From positions 248,001 through 312,000 of the forward strand of contig MU004241.1 in assembly GCA_010405405.1 (NCBI GenBank): a stretch of DNA of 64,000 bases, written 5' to 3'. This stretch comes from Microthyrium microscopicum (taxonomy: Eukaryota). Each line of letters starts with the position of its first letter. Position 1 is the stretch's first letter. The position numbers and the translations under genes were made by a program. A model generated the notes under the pieces. It did no database searches and was not told the origin of the DNA. It saw only the letters and a list, made by a program, of their open reading frames with translations. Below, piece after piece: positions 58,986 to 64,000 of this stretch.

Positions 58986-60909
58986 TTTGAATATATATGT
59001 TTTGTTGGAAATGAGTGACAGGAAAATGGACTTCTTCAAAGGAGGGACAGAAGCTGGAGAGAAGAAGAAGAACCGCGAGGCTGAACTTCCCACTTCTTAT
59101 GCATCTCTCTTTTCTACACTATCTCCACATGTGCAGGGCAGGGTCCAGATCGTGTTACAGTACTTTTCTTCTGGATCTCTCAATCAATCTAATTCAATGA
59201 GCGATACAATATAAGACAGGTCATTCCACAACTAATTCAATATCTATAGGACACTAGCCATGCCTGCACCATGGCTACAGTCTAGTATGACCTTGTAGAT
59301 ATCCTGGAACCACCACGGGGTTAGCGTTGACCGATATTTGAAGTGAATTTATTGGTCGTTACATACAAGACTAAATTAAAAGCATGGGCACGAACTACAG
59401 AGTTCATGTCCAAAAATCTCCCAGACTCCTCGTCCTATCACAAAGCCGCAAACTTGTAAATGCCCCATATCGGGCACATGCAACCCTCCTGCTCCGACCC
59501 AAAGCACAACTTGCCTATGTATCATCTTTATTGTCAATGAATCTTGAGAATCCACAGCACTAGGAGGAGCCTTTGAAATCTGATTAGTCGCTCCTCGCCA
59601 ATCTGGCACAACCATGTTATCAACAAAAAAAAGTATATGTACTTTTCCAACATTCTAAAAGCAGTTACCAATATCAAATGAATGACTCGAAGACTTTGAG
59701 GTTACACAGTCAACCTGATCAAGGGTCAAACTTTGATTGGGTTTCCCCGCATAAGACTTCAACTCCAGTGAGAGCATATATAATGCCCCTGTGATCTTCA
59801 TAATCTAGGCGCTATGTGCCAAACGATGCCTGTGCATAGGTTTTAGAAATCGTTAATAATGCTCAAATTCCTGTCTACCCGGTAAGATTCAGATGCTGGT
59901 ACTTCTACGGCGACACATCGGTAATCAGCCGACCACAATGGTGGGAAGTGTTCGTCGCGTGGGACCCTAGATCTATCGCATGATGGCTCGAATCTGGCAG
60001 GTAATAATTCGATGGCAGATCGCGCAATTCCACTCATTCCAATATGCCATAGAGCTCATTTGACAGCCTCTTTTGATAGATATCGTAGCTGCAATTTCCG
60101 ATGGCGACTGGAAAGGGATGCAACTTCATTTTCAGCCTCGTGTGCCTGGAATCCAGAGATGCGATAGGAGAGAGCCAGGCCACGTAATATAAAATTGATA
60201 TGGAGAAGTGACAGGAACGCTACCTGTACTAATTCGCAAACTGAGCGAGAACCAAGTAGCGTTTGAACATAGAGTTCCAAAGTAATCTACGCTTGCCAAC
60301 TTCTAGAAGCAAATCAAATACGATCTTTAATTCCAAACCATAAGCTTCGTATAGACTTGATGCTCTTTTGCTATAGTGAAACACCTGTTATAGCTCTAAT
60401 GAGCAATATCCCTGCGTCGGATCATCTAGCATACTTCCCCGGATCTGTCTACAAATAAGCGATGTATCTTTCATTTGGTAGCATATATGTTTAAGTGGCA
60501 ACGTTTTATGCACCTACCCTATCAGGTTCGAGGCATTTTGCAGTCTAGGGCGGTGGAATATGCGAACCATCATGGTAGCCAGGCAACTGCAACCAATATC
60601 ACATATCCTTTGGTCTTCAATACTCCAAAGCTATATGTATGTGATGCTATCCTGTGGATTCTTCGCGTATGAGCCTCAGGGTATGGTGAGAACTGCATCC
60701 AATTCTGGTTGTATTCACCGCCAGGGCCGGCGTTGTTCTGCAAATGAGCCGATATAGCTCATGGACTTATAGTTGGCCACATCATCAATAACTAGAAGGC
60801 GAGAATTTATGTATATGGTGGCGATTCAACTACCAAGCACCTAGGTAACCTAATACAACAAGAGTGAGAGGCGAGGCTTCTATGATTAATTTACAGCTGT
60901 TATGGAGAT

Positions 60910-61912
60910 TTACATTGCTTTAAGCAAATTCTCCAATATCTCCCTTTTTCGATTCGCCATGAGAGTGATATGGGTCTCGTCCTCCAGTTTCAGGACCGCT
61001 CTACTTCCTAACCGATCTGCCAACTGTACTCCGTGATTCGGAGGAACATTGATATCTTGTTTCCCGTACCAAAGATGTATGGGCAGATCAGGTCTTATGT
61101 CTTGCGCTCTGAAACCAAACGGCAGACAGCATAGCTTGCCGTCGAGTAACACGCCACTATAACCTTGTCTAAAGCCTTCTCTCGTAGTGCTGAGGCCCAA
61201 ACGGTGCATGTTTTTGTCTCTCATGATCGCAAGCTCTTCCTTGGACATTTTTGACTTCGATTTTTCCACGCTTTCCAAAACCATTTCTAGTCGCTTCTCG
61301 TCGCTCAAATCCACGCGACCGTAGGCATCTAGTCGCCAAAACCAGCGATTCAGAAACTCGGGGCAGAAGCGAAAGCCATACGGAAATCCAAGGCGATTGA
61401 CGAACTGGGCACCACTCATACCGATGTCCGGTGGACCCAGGCCAACGACAACAGCAGCGGCCTTGAGCTTTGTAGGCGGTAACTCTTTCGCGCATGCAAG
61501 CACAGAAGGACCACCTCCTGAAATTCCCTGTGAAAATTCAGCTACAATTTCAGACTGTTTTGATATTGGTGCTAGTTACAATAACAGCATAATCATCCAG
61601 CTTTAGGTGCTCTGTAAGAAGTTGTACGTCCTTGGGGTAGTCTAGTAGCTTTCGGGTCGGCTGCGGTGAACTCAATCCCATTCCGGGTCTATCAAGACCA
61701 ATGATGCGAGCGTTTAGTGATTTTGCATCTTCGTGAAAGTAGGCACCATCTAATCGAGAAGCGGCTAGTCCATGGAGGATGATGATAGGTTTTCCAGTAG
61801 GTGAGCCGTACTGCGCATAACCTAGCTTTCGGCCATCGGGGAGAGTGAAAGTGGACGATACTTCGTCTTCCGGAGCAGGAGATTTAGGTTTTGTTGGAGG
61901 AGTCGGGGCCAT
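60910..61912 (-). CDS. Alpha/beta hydrolase (intron 61528-61579)
   Basis: LPDGRKLGYAQYG, HG, DRPGMGLS, nucleophile GISGG, WYGKQDINVP, ETH. Confidence 0.9.
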
Positions 61913-62972
61913 TCCTGTCCTTGTGAAGCCTAACGAGCATGAAGACGTTTTGCTTGCATTTGGCAGACAGGACGTTGTCTTAAAACAGCCGCTTGACTTA
62001 CGTTGAAAAGATGACTGCAGGTGCGAGCCTTGTGCAACAGGGGCATCCGGTCAACCCGCCCGCCCATTCGTATTCATGAGCAGTGACTCATCCAAAAGCC
62101 CATATTAGGCGCCCAATTGTGGCCTTATGACTAAATAAACTTTCAAAGTGATCGTAAAGTCCATTTCATAAAGGTATGTACCATGGCAGTCGAAGCACCA
62201 GTAAAAGCAATGTTATATTGGTGACATCAGGTACTCGATGAATGGTCTCATCAAATGCTTTGATCTACGAACATAGCCTTCCTTTATTATGTGTACTTGA
62301 GGTGCAAGTCTTTCAGAACAGAAATCGAAGGTCTTTTGGTATGATGTAACAGATAACAAGTACTTCAATCAGCACCTAGTCGACTGTTCGGGTCACTTCT
62401 GCTTCGCCTGGAGCTGACGGCTAGAATTAACAATGGCTTTGTTCATTCTTGCCGTCAGAATTCTTTCCCCTCTACGACAGCCAGAAGGGAGGATACAAGT
62501 GTTCGAAGACCTGGGGTCAGTGGGCGGATGATTCTCATTGTTAAAGCAACATTAAGGGTCTCATAGGCAACAGAAGCGCGTTTTGCTAGAAGATTCACGT
62601 GAACCTACGGCAATGTCAAGTTGACAGCCAAAAAGAAATTACTTCTTCAGATTCATTATGACAATGTAAACATTTCCAAGTCAGGTCTGCCGAATCTAGG
62701 TATCCCTATCAAGTGACCAGCTGAAGTATATACTCTATTATATTATGATACCATGAGTCTCATGGATGTCAACTAAGTAGATATCTGAGTAAGTGTGCCA
62801 GCGAGCTTCAAGCATAACAGAACGTACATTAAACAGAAAGTGTGATGCCAGGATTTGTAAAGGAGAGGACGGATCGAGCTGCGGTGTGGCTAAGGCGAAG
62901 CTCAAATCAAGTAGAATCAACCCATAGGTTTGTGAAATCGAATCTATTCGTCGGTTCTCTAATCTAGCTACT

Positions 62973-63956
62973 TCAATAGGCACTTGATTCCCACCATCCA
63001 TTGCTCTTAATGACTTTATAATCAACGTTCCAGGTAACATTGCAGTTTTTGAACTCTAGTGTTACGGTTTCTGTAGCAAATTCGGCCCAAGGGTTGGCAG
63101 CATCGCATACTCTTTTGATGTAATTTTGAATTTCCAAAGAATCGGGCTCATATGGATAATCGTGGGAGGGTATCTTGATCACCAGGTGACGAAACTTGGC
63201 CAACCAGTTGACAGTCATATGCAGCGTCTGTAGCACTCTTCCAATAATACAAAGTAGAATGGAGTCTAGTTCCTCTTTGACGATTGTGTCTATCTGGGGC
63301 CAAGGCGCAGCCGGCTGTTTATGAAGACGAAATTTGAAATTCTCTACGATCCCCAGATGAAATCCTGGTTCTCGGAACCACATCTGACACTCATCGGGAA
63401 ATTGTCTTCGAGTTACTAGGTTCATACCTGTGACTTGGTTGGTATTGTTAGCCTCGTAAGCTCTGGCATTATAATGGACCTTCATAGCTTCCAGCATTGG
63501 GACTTCGCATATAATGGTCAAAGTGCCTAGATTCTTCCACGGTCCGCCGAGTGGGCGAGGTAAAAAGTCCCAGGTCAGCTTGGCCGATCGAAGTTCGTGG
63601 TGCCATGTTGCTTCGTAGTTCATTGGCTCACCACCGTAGATATATTCCAAAACCTGCGAGAATTCCCGATCTACACGTCTCAGGGAATGGTCATTTGCAT
63701 GATGCGGTCTTACGATTTTGACATAACTTGGGGGTATCTCGATCTTGTAACGATAAGCAGTGGCATTCTCATTAAGGTTGGGTGGTTTGCGGTGGTCTGC
63801 ATGAGGCTCGATCAGATACGTATTGCTCTTGAGCTTTCCATTTGCCTTTTTATTGGACCTTTCTCTGAGCACTTCACTGAATATTTGTGCCTTCAGCTCC
63901 AAAGGTAAAGATTCCAAGTTTGTTCCATGAAGGTTTCCATCGGCCGTTCTGCTCAT
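62973..63956 (-). CDS. Hypothetical protein with F-box-like N-terminal motif
   Basis: 327-aa intronless ORF; LESLPLELKAQIFSEVL near the N-terminus. Confidence 0.6.
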   Translation of the reverse strand: MSRTADGNLHGTNLESLPLELKAQIFSEVLRERSNKKANGKLKSNTYLIEPHADHRKPPNLNENATAYRYKIEIPPSYVKIVRPHHANDHSLRRVDREFSQVLEYIYGGEPMNYEATWHHELRSAKLTWDFLPRPLGGPWKNLGTLTIICEVPMLEAMKVHYNARAYEANNTNQVTGMNLVTRRQFPDECQMWFREPGFHLGIVENFKFRLHKQPAAPWPQIDTIVKEELDSILLCIIGRVLQTLHMTVNWLAKFRHLVIKIPSHDYPYEPDSLEIQNYIKRVCDAANPWAEFATETVTLEFKNCNVTWNVDYKVIKSNGWWESSAY

Positions 63957-64000
63957 GCGTCGGCGGAATATTGGTGGCGCGTGGTTATCCAGCCAGGACT

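Overview
Gene-dense, intron-containing DNA from a filamentous ascomycete (short GT-AG introns with CTRAY branch points; a Dothideomycete is my inference). I reconstructed about 26 protein-coding genes by hand-splicing the ORF track. Housekeeping genes: VPS51, a GTPBP1/2-like GTPase, cystathionine gamma-synthase, UTP22, an amino-acid permease, UBP8, the complex I 40-kDa subunit, RPN9, GAA1 and CSL4. Also present are a ZfpA-type C2H2 factor, a divergent kinase and several orphans. Two regions stand out. (1) A ~4.2-kb island (about 35.1-39.3 kb) between UBP8 and the complex I gene holds a tRNA-Ser-derived Pol III unit with a scrambled anticodon arm and an internal insertion, clusters of TGCTCA motifs, a palindromic GA-rich minisatellite, and one 3-exon ~878-aa gene. 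That protein appears to join an NLS, a uracil-DNA-glycosylase-like domain and three copies of an unnamed Cys4 module. (2) A 45.9-62 kb stretch is enriched in secreted or copper-linked genes: a PHM-like protein, an HsbA-like protein, a quercetin 2,3-dioxygenase tail-to-tail with a Ctr copper transporter, a cutinase and two alpha/beta hydrolases. All homology calls come from motif recognition by eye; no database search was run.
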